The notes under the pieces: generated by a model
Seen by the model: the letters and a program-made list of their open reading frames with translations, nothing else
Databases searched by the model: none
What the model was told of the DNA's origin: nothing
Translations under genes and position numbers: made by a program
In this document: positions 8,222 through 17,968 of the stretch, piece by piece
Position numbering within the stretch: the first letter of the stretch is position 1
How the letters are laid out: each line of letters begins with the position of its first letter
From: an uncultured bacterium
GTDB lineage: Bacteria; Omnitrophota; Gorgyraeia; Duberdicusellales; CBEUCJ01
NCBI GenBank assembly: GCA_965541615.1
Contig: CBEUCJ010000005.1
Coordinates: 46,251 to 110,250, forward strand
Length of the DNA: 64,000 nt
Reading direction: 5' to 3'

Positions 8222-8990
8222 AATTTATTAACTCTATATTTTTTATCTCTTCTTTTAGGAGATTCTTTGCTTTAATCTTAAAACCTTGTATGTCGTCTGT
8301 GACAAAAAATCTGTAAACTGGTCTTTTCTTTTCTTTTTTTAAAAATTTCTTTAGAGTCTTAATCAATGATGAGGGAGCATCTATTAGTTTGACCTTATTT
8401 TCAAAAAATAGATTAAGAGAATCTTTTAAAAGAGGATAATGCGTACAACCTAAAATTAAGGTATCTATATTTTTTCTCTTAAAATCATTTAAATACATTT
8501 CAATTATTTTAAGGACTATTTCTCCTTTAGTTAAGTTCTCTTCAATTAAAGGAACAAATAAAGGACATGCTTTTGAAAATATCTTTGCAGATGGTAAGAG
8601 TTCTTTTAATCTTTTCTGAAAACTTTTGCTCTTGATAGTTGAATTTGTTCCTATCACTCCTATTCTTTTATTTTTAGTATAAACCAGAGCTTCTTTTACT
8701 AAAGGGTCTATTACTCCTAATATAGGGATTCTAAAATATTCTTTTATACTTGGTAAAGCTACAGCTGAACAAGTATTACAAGCTATAATTATTAATTCAA
8801 CTTTAAAATTTAATAAAAAGAGTATGTTTTGCAAAGAAAGTTTTATTATAGTTTCTTTGGATTTTTCTCCGTAAGGTAAGTGAGCAGTATCTGCTAAATA
8901 AATAATATCTTGATGAGGAAATTTATTCTTTATCTCTTTAAAGATAGTAAGTCCTCCTATACCTGAATCGAATATTCCAATAGGGTTCAT
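8214..8990 (-). CDS. murI: Glutamate racemase
   Basis: FDSGIGG, PYGEK, ACNT, GCTHYP. Confidence 0.96.
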   Translation of the reverse strand: MNPIGIFDSGIGGLTIFKEIKNKFPHQDIIYLADTAHLPYGEKSKETIIKLSLQNILFLLNFKVELIIIACNTCSAVALPSIKEYFRIPILGVIDPLVKEALVYTKNKRIGVIGTNSTIKSKSFQKRLKELLPSAKIFSKACPLFVPLIEENLTKGEIVLKIIEMYLNDFKRKNIDTLILGCTHYPLLKDSLNLFFENKVKLIDAPSSLIKTLKKFLKKEKKRPVYRFFVTDDIQGFKIKAKNLLKEEIKNIELINYV

Positions 8991-9988
8991 TTTTTAACCT
9001 GAATTATTCTTTCTCCAAAATCTTTATTAAAGGATATTATACTTTGAGAAATAGCTTCTGCTAATTGTTCTCTGTAATAAGGATTCCTCAAAAACTTTTC
9101 TTCTGTAGGGTTAGTTAAGTAACCTACTTCTAAAAGCAGAGCAGGAATGTAAGTATTTCTTAAAACATAGAAAGGAGCTCCTCTCATAGTTCTAAACCTT
9201 ATATTTTGAGCTCTTAGACTTTTTATTAAGTATTCTGCTAATTTAAAAGTCTCTGCTCTTTTTTCAGAAAGTATCATATCACATAGTATCTTTTTTAATC
9301 TACTCTCTTTTATATATTTTTTTTCTTCTAATCTGTAAGTAAGAAGAGCTTGAGGGTCGGTTATCTTAGGAGAATAAAAATAAATTTCAAAACCTTTTAA
9401 TTTAGATGACCTGTTGGCATTCGCATGTATACTTAAAAATAAATCTGCTTTTGCTCTGTTTGCTAATTCTGTTCTCTCTTTTAAAGTCAAAAACTTATCT
9501 GTCGTCCTTGTTAAAGTAACTTTTATTCCTTCTTTCTCTAAAATTCTCTTTATTCTTTTACAGATATCTAAAACTACATCTTTTTCCTTAAGACCTCTCT
9601 TGCTTATTGCTCCTGGGTCTTTTCCACCATGGCCTGGATCTAAAACTACATGTTCTATCTTTAATCTTTTATACTTTATAGTCTGAAAAGCTCTTTTTTT
9701 AAAGTAACTTTCAAAACTCTTTGGTAAAAAGACTTTACCTTTTCTTAAAATTACAGGAGCTTCTAAAAGATAAAGATTATCTTCTATTGAACAGAGTGGT
9801 GTATTTAAAATAAATTTAAAATTCTTATTTTTTATATTGCAGCTAATAGTTCGAGATAAAATATCTATCTTTAAATTTTGAGGTGAGAATTTTGATAAAG
9901 GTAAGTAAGCATAATCTAAATAATGAATCTTTTTAGGAATACTTACACATCCATTTAAAATCAACATAAATATTAAAAATCTTTTCAT
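8987..9988 (-). CDS. N-acetylmuramoyl-L-alanine amidase (Amidase_3), probable lipoprotein
   Basis: LDPGHGGKDPGA, EKD, SIHAN, LLEVGYLTN; N-terminal LNG|C lipobox-like signal. Confidence 0.92.
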   Translation of the reverse strand: MKRFLIFMLILNGCVSIPKKIHYLDYAYLPLSKFSPQNLKIDILSRTISCNIKNKNFKFILNTPLCSIEDNLYLLEAPVILRKGKVFLPKSFESYFKKRAFQTIKYKRLKIEHVVLDPGHGGKDPGAISKRGLKEKDVVLDICKRIKRILEKEGIKVTLTRTTDKFLTLKERTELANRAKADLFLSIHANANRSSKLKGFEIYFYSPKITDPQALLTYRLEEKKYIKESRLKKILCDMILSEKRAETFKLAEYLIKSLRAQNIRFRTMRGAPFYVLRNTYIPALLLEVGYLTNPTEEKFLRNPYYREQLAEAISQSIISFNKDFGERIIQVKK

Positions 9989-9997
9989 AAAAAAATA

Positions 9998-11026
9998 TTA
10001 TAAATGTGCAATTATTTTTTTTAAATTGTTAACTGTATTTTCAAGAGAAGGACAATCAAACCACTTTCTTTGTGTAATCTCATTAGCTAAAACTCTATAC
10101 ATATCTTCTATACATTTCTTTAAATCGGTAGGGAGTTTAGGAGGTGTGGTTTTCACTAATTCTTTCCAATTTGTTTTTGTCTTAAGCTTTGCTCTTTCAA
10201 CTTCTCTATACCACTCAGTCTTCCTATAAAATATCCTTAAGATCTCTTTACTTAAATGTAAACCTTTATATAAAAATCTACATTCATCAGGAGTACCAAC
10301 ACAATCTATAACTAAAAGCTCTCTTTTAGCATTAAAACCAAATTCTAATTTCCCATCTATATTCAAAATACCTATTCTTTTTAATTGTGAGGTTATCAAA
10401 TCATTTATCTTAAAAGTAATACGCCTTATTTCTTCAAATTCACTTTCATCTAAACCTGAAAGTTCTTTTGCTTCAGAATATTTTAAATATCTATCTTGGG
10501 ACTCTAACTTAGTAGAAAAATCTAAAATTGGCTCAGATAAGAATTTGCCTAACTCTGGAGGCTTAGTTAATCTGAAATCTTTCCAGCTAACTTTTCCTTC
10601 TTTTATCCTTCTTAAAATACTTGAATTCTCAGTTATCACATTTCTGTATATTACTTCTAAAGGGATCAGAAAGTTAGTCTTTTCTTTCTTATAGATAGAA
10701 TAATCGTAATCTACTCCTTTTTTTAAAGGCTTAATGACCCTTAAAAATGTAATCTCCATTTGTGAAGGAGGAGTTTTGCATTCATTTAATTTTTTCAAAA
10801 CACCATCTTCTATTACTCCTCTGTAATGTGTCTTTATTCCTAACTCTTGGATCTTTTCAAAAAAGAAAGCACCTATTATACATAAACTCTTTCCTTTATC
10901 CTCTATTAAATCTGGCATTTGGCCCCAATCAAATACAGAATACCTATCTGAAAACAAAAATCTTGCTGAGCCTTCTTTTTCTAAAGAAGGCTCAGAGATT
11001 ACTTTTAAATCTTTTACACTTCCCAT
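9998..11026 (-). CDS. purC: SAICAR synthase, long (~340 aa) form
   Basis: MGSVKDL, FSDRYSVFDWG, FSTKLE, DGKLEFG, GTPDECRF, LSKE. Confidence 0.9.
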   Translation of the reverse strand: MGSVKDLKVISEPSLEKEGSARFLFSDRYSVFDWGQMPDLIEDKGKSLCIIGAFFFEKIQELGIKTHYRGVIEDGVLKKLNECKTPPSQMEITFLRVIKPLKKGVDYDYSIYKKEKTNFLIPLEVIYRNVITENSSILRRIKEGKVSWKDFRLTKPPELGKFLSEPILDFSTKLESQDRYLKYSEAKELSGLDESEFEEIRRITFKINDLITSQLKRIGILNIDGKLEFGFNAKRELLVIDCVGTPDECRFLYKGLHLSKEILRIFYRKTEWYREVERAKLKTKTNWKELVKTTPPKLPTDLKKCIEDMYRVLANEITQRKWFDCPSLENTVNNLKKIIAHL

Positions 11027-11033
11027 TAAACTT

Positions 11034-11453
11034 TTAACGCTTGGTCCACTGAAAAGCTCGGCGGGCTCCTCTTCTTCCGTATTTCTTTCTTTCTTTAGCT
11101 CTGGGGTCTCTGGTTAGAAAACCTTCTTTTCTTAATATACTCCTCAATTCAGGATTTAACTCTACCAAAGCTCTTGAAATCCCTAATCTCACTGCTCCTG
11201 CTTGACCAGATATTCCTCCTCCTTCAACTTTTACTCTAATATCTACTTTATCTTTGTAACCTGTTCTTTCTAAAGGTTCTAATATATAAGTCCTGTGTAT
11301 AGGCCAACTAAAATAATTTTCAAAAGGTCTCTTGTTAATAATAATCTTTCCTGAGCCTTGATAGATTAACTCTACTCTTGCAGTAGAAGTCTTTCTTCTA
11401 CCTGTAGCCCAGATTCTTTTTACTTCTTGGGTCTCTTTAACTTCTTGTGTCAT
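11034..11453 (-). CDS. rpsI: 30S ribosomal protein S9
   Basis: TGRRKTS, GGGISGQAGA, LTRDPRAKERKKYG. Confidence 0.98.
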   Translation of the reverse strand: MTQEVKETQEVKRIWATGRRKTSTARVELIYQGSGKIIINKRPFENYFSWPIHRTYILEPLERTGYKDKVDIRVKVEGGGISGQAGAVRLGISRALVELNPELRSILRKEGFLTRDPRAKERKKYGRRGARRAFQWTKR

Positions 11454-11881
11454 ACCTCAATAGGTTCTGGTTTTTGAGCTTGATGAGGATGTGAGCCTTC
11501 AGGATAAATCTTTAATTTTCTCATAATTCTTTTTCCTAAAGCATTCCTTTTAATCATTCTTTGAACAGCTAATCTTAAAACTTTTGCTGGATTTTTTTGA
11601 AGAAGCTTTTCCAAAGTTATCTCTTTTAACCCTCCTGGATAACCTGAGTATTTTCTGTATATCTTTTCTTTTAATTTTTTACCTGTAACTTTTATGTACT
11701 TTGCATTTATTACTACTACATAATCTCCACAATCTAAATGAGGAGAAAAATAAGGTTTGTGTTTTCCCCTTAACAAAATAGCTATCCTTGTAGCTAACCT
11801 CCCTAAAACTTTACCTTTAGCATCTATAAGATACCACTTTCTTTTTATCTCTTCTTTTTTAGGAAAATATGTCTTTCTCAT
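11450..11881 (-). CDS. rplM: 50S ribosomal protein L13
   Basis: WYLIDA, LGRLAT, GKHKP, DCGDYVVVINA, HPHQAQKP. Confidence 0.98.
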   Translation of the reverse strand: MRKTYFPKKEEIKRKWYLIDAKGKVLGRLATRIAILLRGKHKPYFSPHLDCGDYVVVINAKYIKVTGKKLKEKIYRKYSGYPGGLKEITLEKLLQKNPAKVLRLAVQRMIKRNALGKRIMRKLKIYPEGSHPHQAQKPEPIEV

Positions 11882-11891
11882 AATGAGAGAG

Positions 11892-11920
11892 AATTTAACA
11901 TAATTTAATCACTTAGTCAA
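11892..11920 (-). promoter_or_regulatory. Promoter for rplM-rpsI, near-leaderless
   Basis: TTGACT-17-TAAATT with extended TG, 10 nt before ATG, no SD. Confidence 0.65.
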
Positions 11921-11936
11921 CCTCTTTATGAAAATT

Positions 11937-13448
11937 TTAAGACTTATTTATAGATTGTCTTAATCTCCAGGGTCTAAAAGAAAATAAGAGAGCCAAAAAT
12001 AAAGTAAATATTAACCAATCTCTACCCAAGATTATCAGGCTTAAAATAGAATAACCTCCATAAGGCTGCTTAAATTCCTTAACCAATGAATTAAAGAGTA
12101 AAGTAGCTAACACTAAAGGACATACAACTCTTATGCAAAAATCCCAAATTTTAGATAATTTAAAAACACTCACATGATTTATATGCTCCCTTAATCTGTG
12201 AGTTTTATATATCCAGCCAATAAGTATACATTCTAAAAAACCTGCTGTTAACAATCCATAAGTAGTCAAAAAATGATCTACGATCTCTAACCAGTGAATG
12301 CCTGCTTGAGTAGTAAAAATGACAGAACCTAAAAATCCTAAGATAGAAAGTACACTGACTACTACTTTTCTCTTATATTGAAACTTATCTATGATTGCTG
12401 ATGTAAAAGCTTCTAAAATAGATACTGAACTCGATAGACCTGCTATTACTAAGATTGCAAAGAATACTACTCCAAAAAGATTTTGAAAAGCAGGTAGTAA
12501 ACTTATAGCTTTAGGATAAGCTATGAAAGCTAAACCTGCTCCTTTAGAGACTACTTCTTCTAAGGGTTTTTGAGTAACATGAGACATATACCCTAAAACA
12601 GAAAATACTCCTAAACCTGCAAAGACTGAATAAAAGCAATTAGTAAAACTTATAGCTATAGAATCTTTGAGTATCTGGGATTTTTTAGGAAGATATGAAG
12701 CGTAAGCTATCATTATCCCAAAACCTAAACTTAAAGTAAAAAATATTTGACTAAATGCATCTATCCATACTTTAGGATTCTTTAACTGTGAAAAATCAGG
12801 CTTTAGATAAACTTTTAAACCAGAACTTGCTCCAGGAAGCCTTAAACTCCAAAAGACTAAGATAGCTGTAAGAATAAACAATAAAGGCATAAATATTTTA
12901 TTTGCACGTTCTAATCCTTTCTCTATACCTGAAAATACTATTAGCCAATTCAGAAACCATATTACAAAAAGAGCAAATAGAATCAGTGTCCTTATATCTC
13001 CTATATTAAAAGGACCTTTACTTACCATTAAAAATTTATTAAAAAAGAAGTTGTTTGGATTTTCTCCCCAAGAAAGATTAAATGAAAAAAATAGATAATT
13101 CAAACACCAAGCTATTACTACAGAGTAATACAAAACTATCCCAAACATAACAAAGATAACCTGCCACCATCCCAACCATTCCCAATGCTTTGAGATCTCA
13201 TAATAAGAAGCGGGAGCTGATCCTCTCATTTTGTGTCCTAATCCAATCTCTAAAATCATTAAAGGTAATCCTACCAGAAAAAGAGCTAAAAAATAAGGGA
13301 TTAAAAATGCTCCTCCTCCATTTTCATAACAAAGATAAGGAAATCTCCATACATTCCCTAAACCTATAGCTGAACCAATAGCTGCTAATAAAAATCCTAT
13401 ATGAGACTTCCATTGAGGCCGGTGATGTACAGGCAGAGTTTCTTTCAT
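11937..13448 (-). CDS. Sodium-dependent transporter, NSS/SNF (LeuT-like) family
   Basis: GSAIGLGNVWRFPY, NGGGAFLIPY, QIFFTLSLGFG, about 12 TM segments. Confidence 0.95.
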   Translation of the reverse strand: MKETLPVHHRPQWKSHIGFLLAAIGSAIGLGNVWRFPYLCYENGGGAFLIPYFLALFLVGLPLMILEIGLGHKMRGSAPASYYEISKHWEWLGWWQVIFVMFGIVLYYSVVIAWCLNYLFFSFNLSWGENPNNFFFNKFLMVSKGPFNIGDIRTLILFALFVIWFLNWLIVFSGIEKGLERANKIFMPLLFILTAILVFWSLRLPGASSGLKVYLKPDFSQLKNPKVWIDAFSQIFFTLSLGFGIMIAYASYLPKKSQILKDSIAISFTNCFYSVFAGLGVFSVLGYMSHVTQKPLEEVVSKGAGLAFIAYPKAISLLPAFQNLFGVVFFAILVIAGLSSSVSILEAFTSAIIDKFQYKRKVVVSVLSILGFLGSVIFTTQAGIHWLEIVDHFLTTYGLLTAGFLECILIGWIYKTHRLREHINHVSVFKLSKIWDFCIRVVCPLVLATLLFNSLVKEFKQPYGGYSILSLIILGRDWLIFTLFLALLFSFRPWRLRQSINKS

Positions 13449-13457
13449 AGAAAAGTT

Positions 13458-13507
13458 AGTATACCAAATTTAAAATTATTGCTCAAATAAATTTTATATA
13501 GTAAATT
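13458..13507. promoter_or_regulatory. Back-to-back divergent promoters with overlapping -35 boxes
   Basis: Minus: TTGAGC(13486-13481)-17-TATACT(13463-13458), 9 nt to ATG. Plus: TTGCTC(13479-13484)-17-TAAATT(13502-13507), 8 nt to ATG. Confidence 0.6.
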
Positions 13508-13515
13508 AATTAACT

Positions 13516-14868
13516 ATGATGATAACTAAAGAGAAGACTATAAAAAGATATTTTGTTATTCTAACTATAATTATTATTCCTGCTTTTATACTCTGGGGTT
13601 CACAAGTATTAAGAGTCTCTTTCAGACCTGTTCTTAAAGTCTTTGGAAAGAATTTTTCAAAAAGCGAATTTTTAAAATTTTATAACCTAACTTACTTAAG
13701 TTTAAAGATGCGTCTGGGAGATGATTTTTATAAGTTAAGTACTTCAGATATAAAGAATGAGACTATAAAAAGAATAATTTTGTTAACAGAAGCTAAAAGA
13801 AGAGGTCTAAAAGTTACTGATAAAGAGGTAGCCAGATTCATAATAAACAACTTTAAGAAAAATCAAAAATTTGATAAAGAATTCTACTTAAATTTGGTCA
13901 AAAGATATTTCAGGACTACCCCTTCAAAATTTGAAGAAATGTTGAGGCAAAATTTACTTATTGAAAAATTATTTAATCAAGTTACAAAAGATGTAAAAGT
14001 TAGTGACTCTGAACTTTTGGAAGTATATAGAAGTCTAAAAGAAAAAGCTAAAATTAATTTTATTAAAATAAATTCTTCTGACTTTTATAAAAAAATCCAT
14101 TTAGATTCTGGTGAGCTTAAAAGTTATTTTAATGAACATAAAGAAGAATTTAGAACTCCTTTGAGAGTAAAAATAAAATATGTATTTATTCCTTTTAAAG
14201 ATGAGAAAACTTTATCTACAGTAAAAAAATTAAAGACTTTAAAACGTATCAAAGACTTTTTTGGTGTACCAATTTTAGAGAGCAATTATTTTTCATTAGA
14301 AGAACCTATCTCAAATATTGGATGGCAAAGAATAATAAATATTAATGCTTTTAACTTAGAGATGAATGAAACTTCAAAACCTATCGTTACAGAAAGAGGA
14401 ATATATGTAATTAAACTTATAGATAAAAAACCTTCTTATCTACCTAAATTTGATGAAGTAAAAGAAAAAATAAAAGAATTGTTGACTAGAAAAAAAGCAT
14501 TGAGATTAGCTAAATTCAAAGCTTTTAAAATTTACAAAAAATTAAAAAAGAATGAGAAGATAAAAAATTTGAAGATAGAAGAATCTGATTTTTTTAAAAG
14601 AGGAGATTACATCCCTAATTTAGGCAAAGACGAAAATTTTACAGAAAGAGTCTTTAATGCTCCTTTACAAAGATGGCAACCACCTTACAAGTTAGATTCT
14701 CAATTTATAATATTTAAAGTAGTTGCAAAAGAAGGTTTTTCAAAAGATAAATTTGAAAAGGAAAAAGAAGAATGGAAGGAAATCTATCTTAAGATTAAGA
14801 AACTTAAGACCTTTAATGAATTCTTCTTTTCTCTTTTACAAAGAGTTAAAATCTCAAAAAACCTTTAA
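13516..14868 (+). CDS. SurA N-terminal domain / PpiD-like membrane-anchored periplasmic chaperone
   Basis: N-terminal TM, EAKRRGLKVTDKEV SurA_N signature, YFNEHKEEF..P, parvulin-like ETSKPIVTERGIYVIK. Confidence 0.8.
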   Translation: MMITKEKTIKRYFVILTIIIIPAFILWGSQVLRVSFRPVLKVFGKNFSKSEFLKFYNLTYLSLKMRLGDDFYKLSTSDIKNETIKRIILLTEAKRRGLKVTDKEVARFIINNFKKNQKFDKEFYLNLVKRYFRTTPSKFEEMLRQNLLIEKLFNQVTKDVKVSDSELLEVYRSLKEKAKINFIKINSSDFYKKIHLDSGELKSYFNEHKEEFRTPLRVKIKYVFIPFKDEKTLSTVKKLKTLKRIKDFFGVPILESNYFSLEEPISNIGWQRIININAFNLEMNETSKPIVTERGIYVIKLIDKKPSYLPKFDEVKEKIKELLTRKKALRLAKFKAFKIYKKLKKNEKIKNLKIEESDFFKRGDYIPNLGKDENFTERVFNAPLQRWQPPYKLDSQFIIFKVVAKEGFSKDKFEKEKEEWKEIYLKIKKLKTFNEFFFSLLQRVKISKNL

Positions 14869-14874
14869 AAAAAT

Positions 14875-15066
14875 TTAATCAGAGACTTCTATAGCTCCTA
14901 CTGGACATTGAGAAGCTATCTCTTTGACATCACAACTTACAGCAGAAAAATCTACATTCTCTTTTACACCAGCTATTCCTTCTGAATTTAATTCAAAAAC
15001 TTCTGGACAAGAATTTGCACATAAACCACATCCTATACATTTAGAAGAATCTACTTTCACTTGCAT
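14875..15066 (-). CDS. Single-cluster ferredoxin
   Basis: CIGCGLCANSCP...C...CPVGAI; strong SD AGGAGGTG; last gene of the POR operon. Confidence 0.93.
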   Translation of the reverse strand: MQVKVDSSKCIGCGLCANSCPEVFELNSEGIAGVKENVDFSAVSCDVKEIASQCPVGAIEVSD

Positions 15067-15091
15067 TTTTTCACCTCCTTTTTAAAAAAGT

Positions 15092-15964
15092 TTAAATTAA
15101 ATTATAAAATTCTATATTAAAATCTGCTATCTTTTGAATCTCTTCTATTAATTTTTTATCCTTTAAAATATGCTTAAACCTTCTTTGAGGAGCTAAATAT
15201 TCTTCTACAGGTTTTTTATCTTTTATTTTATAGACATTAATCAACTTACCATTTTCATACTCTACTAAAGGGTATAAACCTGTCTGTACAGCTAACTTTG
15301 CGATCTCTAAAGTCTTATCAGAAGAAAATCCCCATCCTAAAGGGCAAGGAACATGAACTTGAATGTATTTGGGACCTTTTATTTGTAAAGCTTTCTTAAC
15401 TTTTCTTATAAGGTCTTGAGGAAAACCTACTGATGCTGAAGCTGCATAGGGAATTAAATGTGATGCACATATACCTACTACATTCTTTTTTGGTCTTTGA
15501 TTTCCATGCCACACTTTTCCTGAAGGAGAAGTAGTAGTGTTAGCTCCTGTGGGAGTTAAACCACTCCTTTGGATACCTGTATTCATATAAGCTTCATTAT
15601 CAAAACAGACAAACAACACATTATGACCTCTTTCTAACATTCCAGATAAAGCCTGCAAGCCAATATCTGCTGTACCACCATCACCTGCAAAAGCTAATAC
15701 ATTTATACTTTCTTTGCCTAAAGCTTTTAAAGCAGATTCCACTCCTGAAGCAACAGCAGCTGCATTTTCAAATAGTGAATGTATCCAAGGTACTCTCCAA
15801 GCTGAATAAGGCCAGAGAGTAGAAAATACTTCCAAACATCCTGTAGCATTACAAACTATGGTATTAGGACCTGCTGTATTTACTATAAGTTTGGCAGCTA
15901 TAGCTTGTCCACAACCTGGACAAGCAGTATGTCCTGAAACAAATAAACTCTCTTTAAAGTTCAT
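15092..15964 (-). CDS. porB: Pyruvate/2-oxoacid:ferredoxin oxidoreductase beta subunit
   Basis: ACPGCG, TGCLE, GDGG TPP motif, DNEAYMNTGIQRS, PCPLGW. Confidence 0.93.
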   Translation of the reverse strand: MNFKESLFVSGHTACPGCGQAIAAKLIVNTAGPNTIVCNATGCLEVFSTLWPYSAWRVPWIHSLFENAAAVASGVESALKALGKESINVLAFAGDGGTADIGLQALSGMLERGHNVLFVCFDNEAYMNTGIQRSGLTPTGANTTTSPSGKVWHGNQRPKKNVVGICASHLIPYAASASVGFPQDLIRKVKKALQIKGPKYIQVHVPCPLGWGFSSDKTLEIAKLAVQTGLYPLVEYENGKLINVYKIKDKKPVEEYLAPQRRFKHILKDKKLIEEIQKIADFNIEFYNLI

Positions 15965-17129
15965 CTCTTAAGAGTTCCTTTTTTACATCTAAAAAATAAC
16001 TACCTTCAGGATTAGTATCAGCTATCTTTAGCATCTCTAAAATAGTATTCAGAGTAATATCTCTTCCTCCCAACCCTGCTATAAATCCATAGATCTTCTT
16101 ATCAGCTCCTTGAAGTAAAGATTTTATCTCTATGTAAACTGGACCATCACAACCTAAAGAAATAGATTTATCTAAAATTAATACTCTCTTTGCAGATTCT
16201 AAATTTTTTAAAATATCGGTCTTGGGAAGAGGTCTAAAAGAAATTATTTTTAACAAACCAACTTTTTCTCCTTTTTTTCTTAAAGAATCTACAACTTCTT
16301 TCATCGTTCCACATACTGATCCCAAAGCTATAATTATAGTATCTGCATCTTGAGTAAAATAAGACTCTATCTTTAAATTTATACTTTTGCCAAAAACATT
16401 TTTAAATTCTGATTCAAAATAAGGAAACTTTTCTAAAAGTTCTAAATGGGTTTGATGAAGAGCGTATCTTGTTTCTAAATAACAGTCAGGAGCTCCTAAA
16501 AATCCTAAAGTTAAAGGATTTTCTACATCTAATTTAAAAGGCAGATTTAAGGGAGGTAAAAACTTTTTGACTTCTTCTTCTGAAGGAAATTCTACAGGTT
16601 CAAAACCATGAGTTAAAATATATCCATCTATACAGACCATGACAGGTAATAAAATTTTAGGATCTTCAGAAATTCTATAGGAAGCAAAAATCAAATCTAC
16701 AGCTTCCTGAACATTTTCTGCATAAAATTGAACCCAACCAGAATCCCTTACAGCCATTGAATCTTGATGATCATTCCAGATATTTATAGGAGCAGATAAA
16801 GCCCTGTTAGCACATACTAAAACTATAGGTAATCTCATTCCAGCAGCATTAAAAAGAACTTCACTCATCAAAATTAAACCTTGAGAAGAAGTTGCAGTAA
16901 AGACCCTTGCTCCACAAGCTGCAGCTCCTAATACTACAGAGCATGCAGAATGTTCAGATTCTACATTTATAAACTCAGCTTTTAATTCACCATCAGCTAC
17001 AAAATCTGCTAATCTTTCTACTATATGAGTTTGAGGAGTTATAGGATATGCTGATATTACCTGGGGTCTACATAATTTGACTGCTTCAGCTATAGCATGT
17101 GAACCTTCTAAAAATTCTTTTCTTTTCAT
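15954..17129 (-). CDS. porA: Pyruvate/2-oxoacid:ferredoxin oxidoreductase alpha subunit
   Basis: AYPITPQT, ESEHSA, TATSSQGL, GLGGRDI. Confidence 0.93.
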   Translation of the reverse strand: MKRKEFLEGSHAIAEAVKLCRPQVISAYPITPQTHIVERLADFVADGELKAEFINVESEHSACSVVLGAAACGARVFTATSSQGLILMSEVLFNAAGMRLPIVLVCANRALSAPINIWNDHQDSMAVRDSGWVQFYAENVQEAVDLIFASYRISEDPKILLPVMVCIDGYILTHGFEPVEFPSEEEVKKFLPPLNLPFKLDVENPLTLGFLGAPDCYLETRYALHQTHLELLEKFPYFESEFKNVFGKSINLKIESYFTQDADTIIIALGSVCGTMKEVVDSLRKKGEKVGLLKIISFRPLPKTDILKNLESAKRVLILDKSISLGCDGPVYIEIKSLLQGADKKIYGFIAGLGGRDITLNTILEMLKIADTNPEGSYFLDVKKELLRDEL

Positions 17130-17380
17130 CTTTCAGGTTCCATTATTATATCTTTCTTAGGACATATGTAAGCACATAAACTGCAACCTTTACAAAATTC
17201 TAAGTCAGGTTCATATTTATTTTTTTCTTCTCCTTTAATGCAATCTTCAGGACATATTAATTTACATAACCCGCATCCTATACAATTCTGATGTAAAAAT
17301 TTAGGCTTATGAGTTGAGCGCCAAGAACCTGTTTTGTAATTTTTGGAGGAAGCTGGTTTACAAAATATTGGTCCAAACAT
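17126..17380 (-). CDS. porD: Pyruvate/2-oxoacid:ferredoxin oxidoreductase delta subunit (2x[4Fe-4S])
   Basis: KTGSWR, CIGCGLCKLICP, CKGCSLCAYICP. Confidence 0.92.
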   Translation of the reverse strand: MFGPIFCKPASSKNYKTGSWRSTHKPKFLHQNCIGCGLCKLICPEDCIKGEEKNKYEPDLEFCKGCSLCAYICPKKDIIMEPER

Positions 17381-17382
17381 TT

Positions 17383-17919
17383 TTAAACAGCTTCAAATCC
17401 TTTTTTAACAGCCTCCAAATTCTTCTCTAACACTTCTGGCTTTGTTTTTAAAAACCTTCTTCTTATAGCTTCTAATAAAGAATCTAATTTTACTTCTCCT
17501 GTGGCTTTACTAAAAGCACCTAATAAAACTGTATTTACAAAAGGTTTGCCAATAGTTTCTAAAGCTATCTTTAAAGCTGGCACACAATAAATCTTTTGTC
17601 CAAGTTTTTGAGGTGTAAAAGAATTTTCTGAATTTATAATTGCTAAGCCTTTTTCTTTTAGAACTTTTAAACAATCTAAAGACTCCAAAAGAGTATCATC
17701 TATTACGATAATATAATCAGGTTCATAGATTTTTGATCTAATCTTTACAGGTCTTGTATCGAACCTTAAAAAAGCATTCATAGGAGCACCCATACGAGCT
17801 GCTCCAAAATGAGGAAAGGCATAACAGAATTTATTCTCTAAAAAAAGAGCTTGTCCTAAAATAGCTGCTGTAGTTATTGCTCCTTGACCTGCTCTTCCAT
17901 AAATTATCACTTCCTTCAT
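17383..17919 (-). CDS. porC: Pyruvate/2-oxoacid:ferredoxin oxidoreductase gamma subunit
   Basis: GRAGQGAIT, FPHFGAARMGAP, NTVLLGA. Confidence 0.92.
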   Translation of the reverse strand: MKEVIIYGRAGQGAITTAAILGQALFLENKFCYAFPHFGAARMGAPMNAFLRFDTRPVKIRSKIYEPDYIIVIDDTLLESLDCLKVLKEKGLAIINSENSFTPQKLGQKIYCVPALKIALETIGKPFVNTVLLGAFSKATGEVKLDSLLEAIRRRFLKTKPEVLEKNLEAVKKGFEAV

Positions 17920-17928
17920 AAGGAAACC

Positions 17929-17957
17929 TTTATATCACATAAAAATTAGTATTGCAA
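17929..17957 (-). promoter_or_regulatory. Promoter for the POR operon, near-leaderless
   Basis: TTGCAA-17-TATAAA with extended TG, 9 nt before ATG. Confidence 0.65.
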
Positions 17958-17968
17958 GAGAAAAATAT

